Source of the DNA: Novakomyces olei | Taxonomy: Eukaryota | Direction of reading: 5' to 3' | Assembly (NCBI GenBank): GCA_016906335.1 | Contig: JADEYG010000002.1 | Span: 1,364,001-1,428,000, forward strand | DNA length: 64,000 bases | Shown here: positions 27,191-44,077 of the stretch, in pieces | Numbering within the stretch: position 1 is the stretch's first letter | Layout of the letters: each line of letters starts with the position of its first letter | The notes under the pieces: generated by a model | What the model saw: the letters and a program-made list of their open reading frames with translations, nothing else | Database searches by the model: none | Told to the model about the DNA's origin: nothing | Made by a program: the position numbers and the translations under genes

Positions 27191-28315
27191 ATGGCTTCCT
27201 ACAACGACGAAGTATGGAGCGAAATATAGGCAATCACAAATAAAATGAAAGAAAACAAGTTGCATTTTTGTGAATGTAGCATCTAATTCAGCAGAATCCG
27301 CGATCGACGCAGGCGATGATCGTAACGGACGACGAAAGCGAAAGCGATAGCGAGAGAGAGCAGTCTGCTTCGCAAACAATTTCTGACGTATTCCCTTAAA
27401 CCATTGTGCCATTTTTAAACTATAATCTTTTTTGTTTTGTCTTCTATTCTATCAATGTGAATATCAATGCCCGATTTCCGTCTAGCAACTTCCTTTTTGT
27501 TGCCGTCTATATCAAACTCTGCCATCGACCTTAAGACCGCTATTCTACCTACTCGAATCTACATTTACAGCTGAGACGTATCTATACTCACACCGCAGAA
27601 CGCGATGCGGCTCATGGTCAAAGACTTTGTCAGATTAGCGCTTGTTTCAGAATACCAGCGCTCGTTGCTTCGTCGGGACGAAATTAATCGCAAGGTACTG
27701 CAGCGAAAAAGAATACCTGTACCAGAATTCAGGCGTTTGATTTCCCTTACAAACGAAAAATTGAACTCAACTTTTGGTATGGAATTGGTAGAAGTGCAGC
27801 AGGTCGACAAAAGCCAGACAATGGACGTGAGTCAGCGCCGACGACGGCCGCTGACTTCGACCTCAACTGCTAATAAACGCATAAAACTGGACGGTACAAA
27901 GAGACAGTGGATGCTGGTAAACATTCTGGACCGCAGCTATCGTAATGGAGTCACTGTCCCCGTAAACCGGTCAGAGAATGATTTAAATGCTCGAGCACTT
28001 GTTTGTGTGGCCATTCTTGCCCTAAATCAGGGACGCTGCGAAGCTGTGAATCTTCGAGCTATTTTACGAGGGAGATTTGCTATGAGTGAAGCAGAACTGG
28101 ACAGCTTACTGGCGAAGTTGGTGAAATACGAATATTTTTATTCTTTTCTCGATAGCATTTCACACGAGACGTGCTATGCAATTGGAACACGAGCGCTTAA
28201 TGAATTTGGGCAGGAAGGTATTTCAGCTTTCGTTTCTCATTTCTACGGCGAGCCTGAGGCTGTAGCGCGATCTATGAATCAGGGTTTCGCTACTCGCGAT
28301 GAAAGTGCTTTATGA
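27191..28315 (+). CDS. NSE3: Smc5/6 complex MAGE-domain subunit Nse3
   Basis: ORF 27605..28315 has MVKDFVRLAL..EYQRSLLRRDEI..KVL, L...FGMELVEV and YAIGTRALNEF. Two upstream exons (MASYNDE / QNPRST...SD) are joined by plausible GT-AG introns. Confidence 0.78.
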
Positions 28316-28509
28316 TAAACGATCGGGCAAAAATTAGATCACTGTTAATTTTATTTTAGCTTCATAGCGGCTTTCATTTTATTTCATGGTTGATGTATAT
28401 CATATAAAAGCATCATACACATACAGTTTCATTCAGTATTGTTCTTCTAATTCTTACGATCGTATCAGTCGCCTTTAAGGAGCCGTTGAGCTTATTGTAT
28501 TATGCCTGC

Positions 28510-29358
28510 TTATCCCGTCCTTTGCCATTTATGACTGCTGTCGCCATTAGCGTCTTCATAACGTCCATCGTCATCGTCGTCATCATCTTTATTCTGGCCT
28601 TCAAAAGCAATATGACTATTGTTCACCGCGTCCTCAAAGGCATCTACATTGTCGGCCGTTATCCATCCCGAACTGTCCAGCCCGAGAGCTTGCTCCAGCC
28701 CAGAATCTTGATCCACAGGCGGGTTCATTGTCGATGCCTGACTAACTGCTTCGTAAAGCTCGTTCACTGCGATGTTAGGAATCGGCACAAAGAGATGAAT
28801 ATATTTAAATATAATTTGTGAATATTATTCAAACACGTTAAAGCACATCAAAGTTCACCAATGTCTACTTACATTTGTTTAAGCCTTTAAGAAATATTCG
28901 CAGCTCTGCAAACTGTTCAAACTCATCGTCTTCGGCTGTAGAGTCATTTGTTACGCCGTTTTGCTGATCAGTTTCTGATGCAAATAACGAATCAGGTAAA
29001 TCGCTTAATTGTGCGTAAAAATAAAGAGCATCTGGATCGCTCGTTTCCGTAGCATGAAGCACGATTTCTGAGTAGGGTATTTGTAAAACGCTTTGAGCAC
29101 CTTTCAGTAAAAGGCATCTACGCACGTAAGTATTCATCAAGCTAAACTTTATCATTCATTTTTCATTTTATTTTTTTTGTCTCACTTTGATGTCACATAG
29201 ATACTTGCGTGCCCGTTATCTCTGGTCCAATTACTCTGCCGGCCATCGCTTGTAAGATCCACCTTTCCGCCTTCTGTCTGATGCAGAAGGAAAGCTTCAC
29301 CGGGCACGGGACTGGTTTGCGTCGCGTATTCTGGCAGTGCCGTTAATACTGCCACCAT
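28510..29358 (-). CDS. LOT5: pICln/Lot5 family (Voldacs PH-like domain) protein
   Basis: Spliced product has G..SIYVTS, QIPYSEIVLHA, YFYAQL, ELRIF and ELYEAVSQASTMNP with an acidic tail; three exons. Confidence 0.8.
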
Positions 29359-29382
29359 TTTGTAATATTTAGTTCTTGGAAA

Positions 29383-29456
29383 GTAATTATTGTAATTATT
29401 GTAATTATTGTAATTATTGTAATTATTGTAATTATTGTAATTATTGTAATTATTGA
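29383..29456. repeat. (GTAATTATT)n tandem repeat
   Basis: About 8 perfect 9-mers between the CysRS stop and the LOT5 start. Confidence 0.9.
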
Positions 29457-29537
29457 ATTAGTTTATTATTAATGCTCTAACTACTATCACAATAACGCCA
29501 GTAATAATTAACAATTAATCAATTTTCGATATTAATT

Positions 29538-32593
<3,056 letters not shown>

Positions 32594-32685
32594 AAACGGG
32601 CAAAGTCGCCTCGAAAGCAGCGCTATGCAGGTTTGTAGAATTTATTCTCAATAAATTAGTCGATCAATATTTTAAATTTATTCTT

Positions 32686-32750
32686 ATATATTCATTATAT
32701 TCATTATCTTCATTATATTCATTATATTCATTATATTCATTATATTCATT
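32686..32750. repeat. (TTCATTATA)n repeat in the CRS1/MIC12 divergent promoter
   Basis: About 7 copies of a 9-mer. Confidence 0.85.
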
Positions 32751-32869
32751 AGAGCAATAATTTGTTAAGTATATATAGTGCAATATTAGTCGTTGCCATA
32801 TACTGCAGGCACGTATGAATAAAATCCTGTAACGAGTAAACGGTATACGCTGGAAAAGTACCTATAACA

Positions 32870-33211
32870 ATGAAGGTTGTACCTTTCTTCAGCGGCCTCG
32901 TAGTGGCGTCTTCCGCTATTTATGTTTCGTCTGTGGCCTTACGGCGGGACTCGGAACGGCTGTCCCATTCTCTCCACGATATTTCAGCGGCATTGACTCT
33001 TTCTACGGCAGAGGCGGACGATCGCCGGCGCATCCAGCAGGTACAGCAGAGCAATCCACCAGCCATTGGCTTTATCGATGCTGCTAAACTGGCGTGGAAC
33101 TCGCAGGTTGAAGCGAGTGTGCGGTACGTGCAAAGTATAGACTGGCAGCAGTCTCGCTCCGAGCTCGCCTCGTTTGTCCGCGGAAAGTTGCAGGGAGAAA
33201 AGGCAGAGTGA
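32870..33211 (+). CDS. MIC12: MICOS subunit Mic12-like
   Basis: 113 aa with an N-terminal TM (FFSGLVVASSAIYVS) and the K.AWN..VE..VR.VQ.IDW motif typical of Mic12/Aim5. Confidence 0.7.
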   Translation: MKVVPFFSGLVVASSAIYVSSVALRRDSERLSHSLHDISAALTLSTAEADDRRRIQQVQQSNPPAIGFIDAAKLAWNSQVEASVRYVQSIDWQQSRSELASFVRGKLQGEKAE

Positions 33212-33711
33212 GCGAGTAGTCGGCCAAAGGTTCAAGAGCGCGTCCACGTGAAGGACGTACCGTCTCGACGGAAGCGGTCGTAATATTAGGGTGGAAATTG
33301 GGAAAATATGAGCCAGATTGGCAAATGTAGAGTGGCCTGCTCATGTTTCAGATCCTGTATAAAAAGTATAATACCAAATTTACAGCCTTTAGCTTTTGTC
33401 CGTGCTTCCGTGTAGACGTACCGCTCTGTACAAGGCATTGCTTTGCATGTAGGCGCACGGCATATTCTACTCCACAGAAAAGCGGCATTTGCAGATACGT
33501 ACGTAAATCAACTACTGCTAAATACACGTGTAGTCTGTGATCAAGTATGCCTGTAACCAGTATATTACAATCTTTAGCGATACAAGCTATCATGGGTACA
33601 AGCTAAAATCGTGTTTCATATAAATAGGCATTAGTCGTGTATTTGCTCGTCCTTTTTTTCCCGTGTCGACGGGGTTGAGAAATGATTTATTTTTACAATA
33701 ATAGACGCTGT

Positions 33712-35112
33712 CTAGTGGTAGTCGACTGCACGAGCCCGGGCCAGTTCTACGATACGCCAGCCTCGAGTTTCCGGGTTGGTGAGATCAGATTCAAGACGCG
33801 TCATTACGGCGGCATAAGTAACCTGCTGAATATGGTCTTCACTGCCGGCTACCAGCTCCCCAGTCTTTGCGTTCTTGAACATGCTGACTTCCTGAGTGCG
33901 GAAGGCAATCACGAAAACAGGAATATCGTTTGGCGGCAAGATTCGAGCAGAGTGGATATCAACACCGCGAATATCGAGGATTCTCCCAGCGGGAATAATG
34001 CCTTGTTTTGTAAGGTCTTTATTTGTCGCCTGCCATACTGAGAATGGCGCCTCTGACAGCCATAGTTTCAGTGTTTGCGCGTCTCCCGACACATAAGCGT
34101 CCACTACCTCCGGCAAGATGTACGTACGCAGCTCGTTGAGAAAAGACTCCAAGTCAAAACTGGAATCTATTTCACGAAAACGGCGCACAACCTGTGCCTG
34201 CTCGTTTTCCGCGGTCATATTGGCCCAGCTATCGCTCACTTTGTACTGCAAGTCCCGTATAGACGCAATGATAGGGTTTTCCGACTCGTCGTAATTTCGA
34301 GCAAGTCTTTGCATGTTTTGAAACAGACGCGATCTGTCCTTGTAGTTGTTCCATGATTCTCTCCAGGCGCTGTCCTTGTGCACGACTATGCCCTCGCCAG
34401 CGTCTTCATTCTCCTCTACACGACGTTTCTTGGGACGGCTTTGCTGCTGTTGTAACTGCTTCTCTCTTAATTTCCGACGCTGGTCCCTATCAAAGTAGCC
34501 ACCGTACCGTGAACTCGATCCGTCATCGATAACCTCCTTGACTGAGTGGGTGGCCGACTTGTAGAGCCGAGTATTCCGGATCGGAGCCGTCAGTACCGCC
34601 ACTCCGTTCGCCGACACCGTCCATACCCTGGCAACGGCTCTCCGTAACAAAGCCACTAGTGAGCTGTTCCAAGTCGCGGCCGCCGCTGATCCGATAGACC
34701 GACCGGCCCGTTGGAGAACGGACCGGCCGCCTCCGGCCGCATGCTCCCCCGCGTCACGTGCCTTGGTGTACGCTTCCTGGGCACGTCGGTAAGCCTCACT
34801 GTCACCGAGTTCGCGGGTGGAGTCCTGAAGCGCTTTTACACTGTCTTGCAGCTCTTTTGATTTTTTCAGTTCGCTCCTAAACGTGTCGACAAATACCCGC
34901 CACGGCGAGTTTGGGGCCGCCTCTGCTCGCCGAGAGGAGGAGTGGAAAGCCGCTACTGACCGCTGACTGTAAATTGCCATCCCAAGTCCAGTCAGACCAG
35001 TTATCCCGGGCCGATGTCGTACCGCCTCGTAAGCCGCCCGCGGCACTACAGACTGTAGCACGCCATGCCGCCGGCCGGACGCAAAAGGTAAAGCGCGCAC
35101 TGCCCGGTGCAT
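33712..35112 (-). CDS. TIM44: Mitochondrial import motor subunit Tim44
   Basis: Presequence, VFVDTFRSELKKSKELQ, SSRYGGY, YDESENP, LRTYILPEVVDAY, GRILDIRGVDI and TRGWRIVE. Confidence 0.95.
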   Translation of the reverse strand: MHRAVRALPFASGRRHGVLQSVVPRAAYEAVRHRPGITGLTGLGMAIYSQRSVAAFHSSSRRAEAAPNSPWRVFVDTFRSELKKSKELQDSVKALQDSTRELGDSEAYRRAQEAYTKARDAGEHAAGGGRSVLQRAGRSIGSAAAATWNSSLVALLRRAVARVWTVSANGVAVLTAPIRNTRLYKSATHSVKEVIDDGSSSRYGGYFDRDQRRKLREKQLQQQQSRPKKRRVEENEDAGEGIVVHKDSAWRESWNNYKDRSRLFQNMQRLARNYDESENPIIASIRDLQYKVSDSWANMTAENEQAQVVRRFREIDSSFDLESFLNELRTYILPEVVDAYVSGDAQTLKLWLSEAPFSVWQATNKDLTKQGIIPAGRILDIRGVDIHSARILPPNDIPVFVIAFRTQEVSMFKNAKTGELVAGSEDHIQQVTYAAVMTRLESDLTNPETRGWRIVELARARAVDYH

Positions 35113-35699
35113 TTGGAAATGAAGGGCACTGCTGTTTGTTGCGCTGTGTAAGCTTCTTTTCTTTTTTTTTTTTTTAATCTTTTTTTTCCCTTTTTCTATT
35201 ATTTATTATTTATTAGTTTTTGTCTTTTTTCCTTTTCCTTTTTCTTTTTTCTTTTTTCTTTCTTATTTTTATTTTACTTTTTGTTTTTATTACTAGGAAA
35301 TTCGCAGATAATAATGATCTAGTCACGTGATGGGAATGTGAAGTGTATAATCTGATCCTTATTTATTTTATTATTTTATTTATATTATAAAACATTTATT
35401 TAATAATTCGGAATGGATATAGCTTTGAATTCGGTTTTTTTGCGCTATTATTATCGGTCTATTATTGCTATTATTATCGGCTTACAATTGCTATTGAAAT
35501 AATCAAAAAAATACGAGGATTGAAGCAGGTTCAGTATGCGATGTAGATAGAGTCTAAATGTACAGGTCGCACTCAGACTGACATCAAGTTAATTTACAGA
35601 CTTGAAAACTCTACTTTGCGACAATCGAAAGTAAGGTCCATAGTATGTCAACCACAATCGCGTACGCTATCCAGTACTATGTGTTTTTCACACATTGCC

Positions 35700-35880
35700 A
35701 CCACTATACATTACACCACCATACTTTACTATACATTACACTATACACTATACACCATACACTATACACTTTACACTTTACACCATACACTTTACACCAT
35801 ATACTATACACTATACACTATATACACTTACACTTACACTTACACTACACTACACTACAACTATATCACTATACCACTAT
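35700..35880. repeat. Degenerate (TACAC/TATACAC)n low-complexity repeat upstream of the COX15-FDX gene
   Basis: G-free run of TACAC/CTATACA units. Confidence 0.85.
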
Positions 35881-35913
35881 TTTACTAATATCAGCCTTTA
35901 TTATCATGAATAA

Positions 35914-38034
<2,121 letters not shown>

Positions 38035-40547
38035 TATTAGCATTGCCGTAGTAACGGCCGTTTGTAATTAAGAGTAAACAGCCTTTTTTCAATGACTATC
38101 GACGACCGATTGGGTCATCGGTCGCCTCCTACCTGAAACGCCAATTGTTAATTGGCGTGTAGATGATCTGGCTAATTTTAAATATTCAAGTATTGTGTAA
38201 GCAGTATTGTGCGATATTCGTTTATGAATATGACAGAGTTTGCTTGCAATTCAACAGAATGCCATTCACAATATGAGGATTTTTGCCCTAGTTTAGCCTC
38301 TGTTTTACTCTATTACTTTTGACCAAGGCCAATAGATCAGCAATCACAAACGTATCCGTACTGCCATCAGTACAGAAATACACTTGTAATAGAATCAATT
38401 GTATTCGGCTTCGAATAAAATTTAATCACTGTCTAAATTCAAACGCTGCATCAAATTCACGGTTTACATTACCGCGGCTCCTGCTATTGCCAACCTTGTG
38501 TGCCAAATAGGAAAGTTGAGCTTATAGTTGTAAATTTGCCGTATAAATACAAGCTGGGAATATGAAATGAAGTCAGATATAAGAATTAAATCCAACCGTT
38601 AGTGCTATTTGATATGTTGCCGTCAAATCTCGTCGTATCCCAACACGCGTGCACATATTCGGTATCAAAGCAACGTTGGCCAAACTCTATATGATAATTA
38701 AACGTCGCGCAGTTGAATGATGATTTTGGAACAAGTCTAAAAGGGCAACATGTGACGAGAGCCTTCCCCTTACCATCAGCTTACAATATCGAGCTAATGT
38801 ATTATTTGGCTCGATCTGAGGCGTACAACAATATTCTCTTCTACGTACAAAATCTCGCTCTTAGACACAAAACATCATTACACTTGAATCTAGTCAAGGT
38901 ATATCCAGCATTGTCGTTTGTAACAAACACAGAGCAGTGCTGGCTGGTTGGGATATAAGGTTATAAAGATGCGATTTACGCTTGGTATTAAACCTTAAAT
39001 TCCTATTAGTACGACAAACGATCCTTCTATAGCCAACTCGCCCTGCTATTGGTGTACGGACGTTATTGAATAAAAGAATACTTTGCTCTCGCAGAACTGC
39101 TCGCTTAAGATTTCGGGTACAGTATAAGCGTAGAACCAACAATTTGATGTATGCCGGGTAGAACTAAACATTTTGGGGCAAATCAACAAGACGCGAGAAT
39201 GTGGGAGCGTGCAATGAAACATGGACTGGCACGTGTAGGAACGATAGTGTATGCCGTTTACGGTAGCAGAAGGAACATTTGTAGTATACATGGAAGGTCG
39301 AACCCGGATTCCAATCATGACACACGGTCCGAGCCAAGACGAGGGCGCTCACTGGGATGGGATGCTGGTAAAGTTTACCTGACGTATACGAGCCTAGCTT
39401 CATGTTTATTTGACACCCCTTGAAAAATATTATGCTTTTAAATTCGAATGTTACACGACCACCTGTCATTATTGCTTCCATAGCCGAAAAAAGCACGCGT
39501 GCTTGATAATTCTCGATATAAAGATGCTTCCTGTTCAGTGAGATCGGAAAATTTTCCTTTTCAAATAGCACCTGTTTCGGTAACTAGTTTAGGGACACAA
39601 TGACATCATTCGATATTAAGGCCCGAATTAATTTCACTTCTACAAGTATTCATATAATATACATATAACTTTATCAAAAGAGCGCAGGAACAGCGGCATC
39701 TACAACAGTTTATTGTTTTGTGCCTCATAGTTGAACATCATGTTCGGGATGGCTCGGATGCTCAAGCGAGATTCATGAAGTCCATCGGACGAACGCTAGT
39801 CAAGGCCTTGGAACAAAGGGTGGCCGGAAATTTGTTTTTTTGGAAGGCGGATTCTATGAAATGTGATTGGTTGATTATTGATCAGCGGCAAAATTACCGA
39901 GATAGCCTGCGTCATAGCGCTAAGTCATCTTATTATTCAGGTCACACATGATTGTTTCGTACCTGGAACTAAAGAACGATAGCCTTGACCCATTATTTTA
40001 CATAAGAATGAAACCCCTTTTGGGACGCGGGCGAGCATATATCGCGTAACCTCGAAATTCATATTGCACATGACGCATGGCAACAGGACAATTTCAGCAG
40101 TACTAGGCTTGCAAATAGTGACCCGCCGAACAGCAAAAGCAAAGAAACAATACTCCTTTAATTTGACAATTAAGGAGGAATGTTGAGGGTGCAGATAGTT
40201 AAAGAAACTTTTTCAACAACACAACGTGGCCAAATAAATTTTATGATGTAAATAAGCTTGTCCGAGCGGGTGTAATGATTGCCCAATTGGGATTCTCGTC
40301 GCATAATTATCAGTTTGCGGAACATTCGACACCAAAAGGAAAAAAAAGACCCCGTGTTTAATTAATTGCATTACATAAACCGTTATTACATAGTGTGTCA
40401 TTACATAGTGGCCGCGTTTGGTCGCTTTATCGCGCCACAGGTTATAAATACCATTGATGTCCGCGGTTGTAGAAGGCACAAATACGTGTATCTAGTCCGC
40501 GTCTCCAAGCAGCTGGACTGCGCTTTAACTTTATTTCGACTTGAAAC

Positions 40548-42146
40548 ATGTGGACTTCAACGGGCGGTCTTACAGGCCTTCGCCTTCACACCGCGATCAC
40601 CGTCGTATCTGTAACGGGTTTTATGCTTTTTGGCTATGATCAAGGTCTTATGAGCGGTCTGTTGCAAGGATCTGCCTTCAATGACGAGTTCCCCGTAACA
40701 CGCGGATCAGATATGCACACTTCAGTTATTCAGGGTGCGATAACTGCGTGTTATGAAATTGGTTGCTTTTTTGGAGCTATGTTTTCCCTCTTTGCTGGCA
40801 ACTATCTCGGCCGTACTCGTATGATTCTGATGGGTGGAATTATTCTTATTGCCGGTGCCGTTATTTCAGTAACGTCTTTCCGTGAAAGCTGGGGAACTGG
40901 CCAGTTTGTCATTGGCCGTGTTATTTCAGGAATCGGGAACGGTATCGATACCGCAACCATTCCTATTTGGCAATCCGAGTGTGCAAAGGCGCACAACCGT
41001 GGATTCCTGGTGTGCCTGGAAGGTGCTATGATTGCTGGTGGCACTGTCATTGCCTACTGGATTGATTTCGGATTTTCATTTATCAATTCCTCTGTGCAAT
41101 GGCGTTTCCCAGTAGCCTTCCAGATTGCATTTGCTCTTGTGCAGGTAATTCTGATCTTCTTTTTGCCTGATTCGCCTCGCTGGTTTATGTCGCACGGTTA
41201 CAAGGAAGAGGCTGCCCGTGTTGTTGCAGCTTTGGACGATACCACGACAGACGATGATCTGGTTGTACGCGATATTCAAGCTATCGAAGAAGCAGTGAAC
41301 TTGGCGGCCCACCAAAGCGGTTATCGCGATCTCTTCCGTGGTGGCAAATCACAAAACTTCCAGCGTATGCTCGTTGGCGCAAGCGGCCAATTCTTGCAGC
41401 AATTTACTGGATGCAATGCTTCCATTTACTACTCCACTTTGCTTTTTGAGAATACTATTCTCGATGGTCAGCACACACTTTCCATGATTCTCGGAGGTGT
41501 CTTTGCCTCTGTTTATGCATTGTTTACCATTCCGGCGTTTTTCATGGTCGAACGTGTTGGACGCCGCAAGCTATTCCTCATTGGAGCTCTTGGTCAGGGT
41601 TTCTCATTTGTGATTTCGTTTGCGTGTCTCATTCGGCCCACCTCGCAAAACGCTAAAGGCGCTGCTGTCGGCCTCTACTTGTTTATTTCCTTCTTTGCCT
41701 TTACATTCTTGCCAATGCCCTGGATCTATCCTCCGGAGATCAACCCTCTGCAGACCCGTACCGCGGCTACCTCCATTTCAACTATGACAAATTGGCTTTG
41801 TAATTTCGCTGTCGTCATGTTTACCCCAGTGTTTGCGGCAAGATCTAACTTTGGTGTGTACTTGTTCTTTTGTATCATCAATTTTGCTTCCGTGCCTCTT
41901 ATTTATTTCTTTTATCCAGAGACTGCTGGACGAACACTCGAGGAAGTCGATATCATTTATGCGCGTGCATTCGTGGAAAAGAAGTTTGCATTCCGGGTGG
42001 CAAACTCGATGCCAAAACTTTCTCCCGAGGAAGTTCACCGTCAAGCCGCGGAGTTGGGCTTGCACGACGTTTTGGACGAAAAACAGCACGAGGAGCAGAA
42101 TGAGCATGCCTCGCACGGCTCGTCTGAACGTTCTGTGGAAGTCTAG
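40548..42146 (+). CDS. STL1: MFS sugar-porter family glycerol/H+ symporter, Stl1-like
   Basis: GLTG..L...IT..S.TGF.LFGYDQGLM, GQFVIGRVISG.GNG, SSVQWRFPV, PDSPRW, QQFTGCNA.IYYST, WIYPPEI and YPETAGRTLEE closely follow yeast Stl1; intronless. Confidence 0.85.
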   Translation: MWTSTGGLTGLRLHTAITVVSVTGFMLFGYDQGLMSGLLQGSAFNDEFPVTRGSDMHTSVIQGAITACYEIGCFFGAMFSLFAGNYLGRTRMILMGGIILIAGAVISVTSFRESWGTGQFVIGRVISGIGNGIDTATIPIWQSECAKAHNRGFLVCLEGAMIAGGTVIAYWIDFGFSFINSSVQWRFPVAFQIAFALVQVILIFFLPDSPRWFMSHGYKEEAARVVAALDDTTTDDDLVVRDIQAIEEAVNLAAHQSGYRDLFRGGKSQNFQRMLVGASGQFLQQFTGCNASIYYSTLLFENTILDGQHTLSMILGGVFASVYALFTIPAFFMVERVGRRKLFLIGALGQGFSFVISFACLIRPTSQNAKGAAVGLYLFISFFAFTFLPMPWIYPPEINPLQTRTAATSISTMTNWLCNFAVVMFTPVFAARSNFGVYLFFCIINFASVPLIYFFYPETAGRTLEEVDIIYARAFVEKKFAFRVANSMPKLSPEEVHRQAAELGLHDVLDEKQHEEQNEHASHGSSERSVEV

Positions 42147-42544
42147 AAATTGGATATGACTGTTATGACTTTGTATTTTTGACAGACAAGATACTTTTGC
42201 TTGTATTTTATAAATTGAATCGTTTATGATTGGGCTAGAAATGTGATTGTTAATAATATCGTTCCCGAAATTTGTGGGCATTCAAACTTGTCTTTTGGTT
42301 TATAGACGTCCAGTAAGTTGATCTTTTTCGATAAAGGTAATCATTCCAGGAGTTGTGTGTAGCTCTCAGAGTGAATTGATTTGAACTGGCACGTGTATGC
42401 TTTCAATATCGATTGTTATCAATCTGAATCTAAAAGTGCGTTCGAACCAAGTCCACATTGTGGCCTAATCATTAAAATATATTATAAACACTTTTTGTCT
42501 TATAATTTGACCAATTTGCAAGTACGCGCGATGACCTCCACATA

Positions 42545-43372
42545 CCTGCAATACCCGTAATCTGAGTCCGGTGATAGCGGACTTTAAGGAAAATAAAGCT
42601 CAAAATGGCGCATACCACCGTAGCCCATCCATCAAGCAATTGGCACGATAAAAGATTGGAGTATACGTAAGCCATAACGACCAAATGATTGCCTACCACA
42701 TCAAACAGGGACAAAATTGCAAATTTCCAGCCCTCGCGGTACAGCATAATAGCATAGCTTTAATGCCCAATTTATAAACCGAGAAAAGGCGTACGTCACG
42801 GTTAATAAACAGTAATTCAGGAATGACTGAAACGCCGGAATGTTGGCATTCTGAGCAGTAATGTCTGAAACGTTAGTTCTAACGAAAAAATCGTAAGACA
42901 AGGAAACAAAAAGGCAAAAGATTGAGTTTTAAAAAGAAAGACCAAAGAAAATGCGGTCTCTGATTCTTCCGAGGCACAAATCAATAGTTCATAATCAAAA
43001 GAAGAACAGAATGAAAACTTACATGTAGTAAACGTGTTTGTGCCAGTAATGCATCACGATAAAATCTGTCCGATAAGAAGTGCGATCCAGAAATTTTTAT
43101 GGAAAACTGCTTGAAACGGTTTTGCTCCAGGATCCTTTTGAGAGTAAAAGAGACGCTGTCAAATCAATTTCTTTTGTGGCGTGGGGTAATGGCTATCATC
43201 GGCCTGCACAACGATGACCGTCTGCTTTACTGGCCCCGCTCCTTCAATTCCCGTTTCAATCTTTCCCATATTTTCTAAATCCTCGTATTTTGAATCTCTT
43301 ATTTGTACGCTGTCTTGACCCATCCTTTAACTGAGTTTGGGGAGCTTTTTGATTGGGTTCGGTCGCCAGTAT
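42545..43372 (-). pseudogene. SLC35F/DUF914-family transporter pseudogene (truncated)
   Basis: FHKNFWIALLIGQILS*CITGTNTFTT has an in-frame TGA at 43056..43054. There is a frameshift between NIPAFQSFLNYCLL and GWKFAILSLFDVVGNHLVVMAY...QLLDGW. The C-terminal half was not found. Confidence 0.75.
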
Positions 43373-43626
43373 GTCGAAGACAAAAAAATTATAACAAAAA
43401 CTTCAAACGTCTCGCGAGATTAGAGATCAGCAAGTACAATTATGTAATCTCCTATATATTATATTATTCTCTCTTCTATCAGTCGCATAATAAAAATTCC
43501 ACTAGAAATATTAATTATATTTCTTTTGAAAATCGGTCTAATAATCAATAAGGAACATGGATGAGACTGATGTAATGCGACGGAAAATTGTTGAATTACA
43601 AAAAATTATAATAATACTATTTAATT

Positions 43627-43822
43627 AATTGAATAATTGAATAATTGAATAATTGAATAATTGAATAATTGAATAATTGAATAATCGAATAATTGAATAA
43701 TCGAATAATTGAATAATTGAATAATTGAATAATTGAATAATTGAATAATTGAATAATTGAATAATTGAATAATTGAATAATTGAATAATTGAATAACTGA
43801 ATAACTGAATAATTGAATAATT
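43627..43822. repeat. (AATTGAAT)n 8-bp minisatellite
   Basis: About 24 near-perfect copies between the two pseudogenes. Confidence 0.95.
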
Positions 43823-43976
43823 ATGAATCGAAATTAAGACGGTGGCTTTTAGTTACCCAGCAGCTGATATCTTAATTTATTTGCTATCTTGATCTCCAAA
43901 TGAACTAAATCATTCCGAGGCCAGACAAAATTTGCAAAGATATTCACGACAGTCGTTCATATAATACGGCAAACTG

Positions 43977-44075
43977 ATTACACAACAATCTAATTACACA
44001 ACAATCTAATTACACAGTAAGCTAAATTACACAGTAAGCTAAATTACACAAAAAGCTAAATTACACAGTAAGCTA
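43977..44075. repeat. 17-18-bp repeat (AATTACACAGTAAGCTA)
   Basis: About 6 imperfect copies just downstream of the LCB kinase relic. Confidence 0.8.
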
Positions 44076-44077
44076 TA

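Noticed and set aside
38102-38126. 8-bp hairpin downstream of the COX15-FDX stop
   Set aside because: Too short to distinguish from chance.
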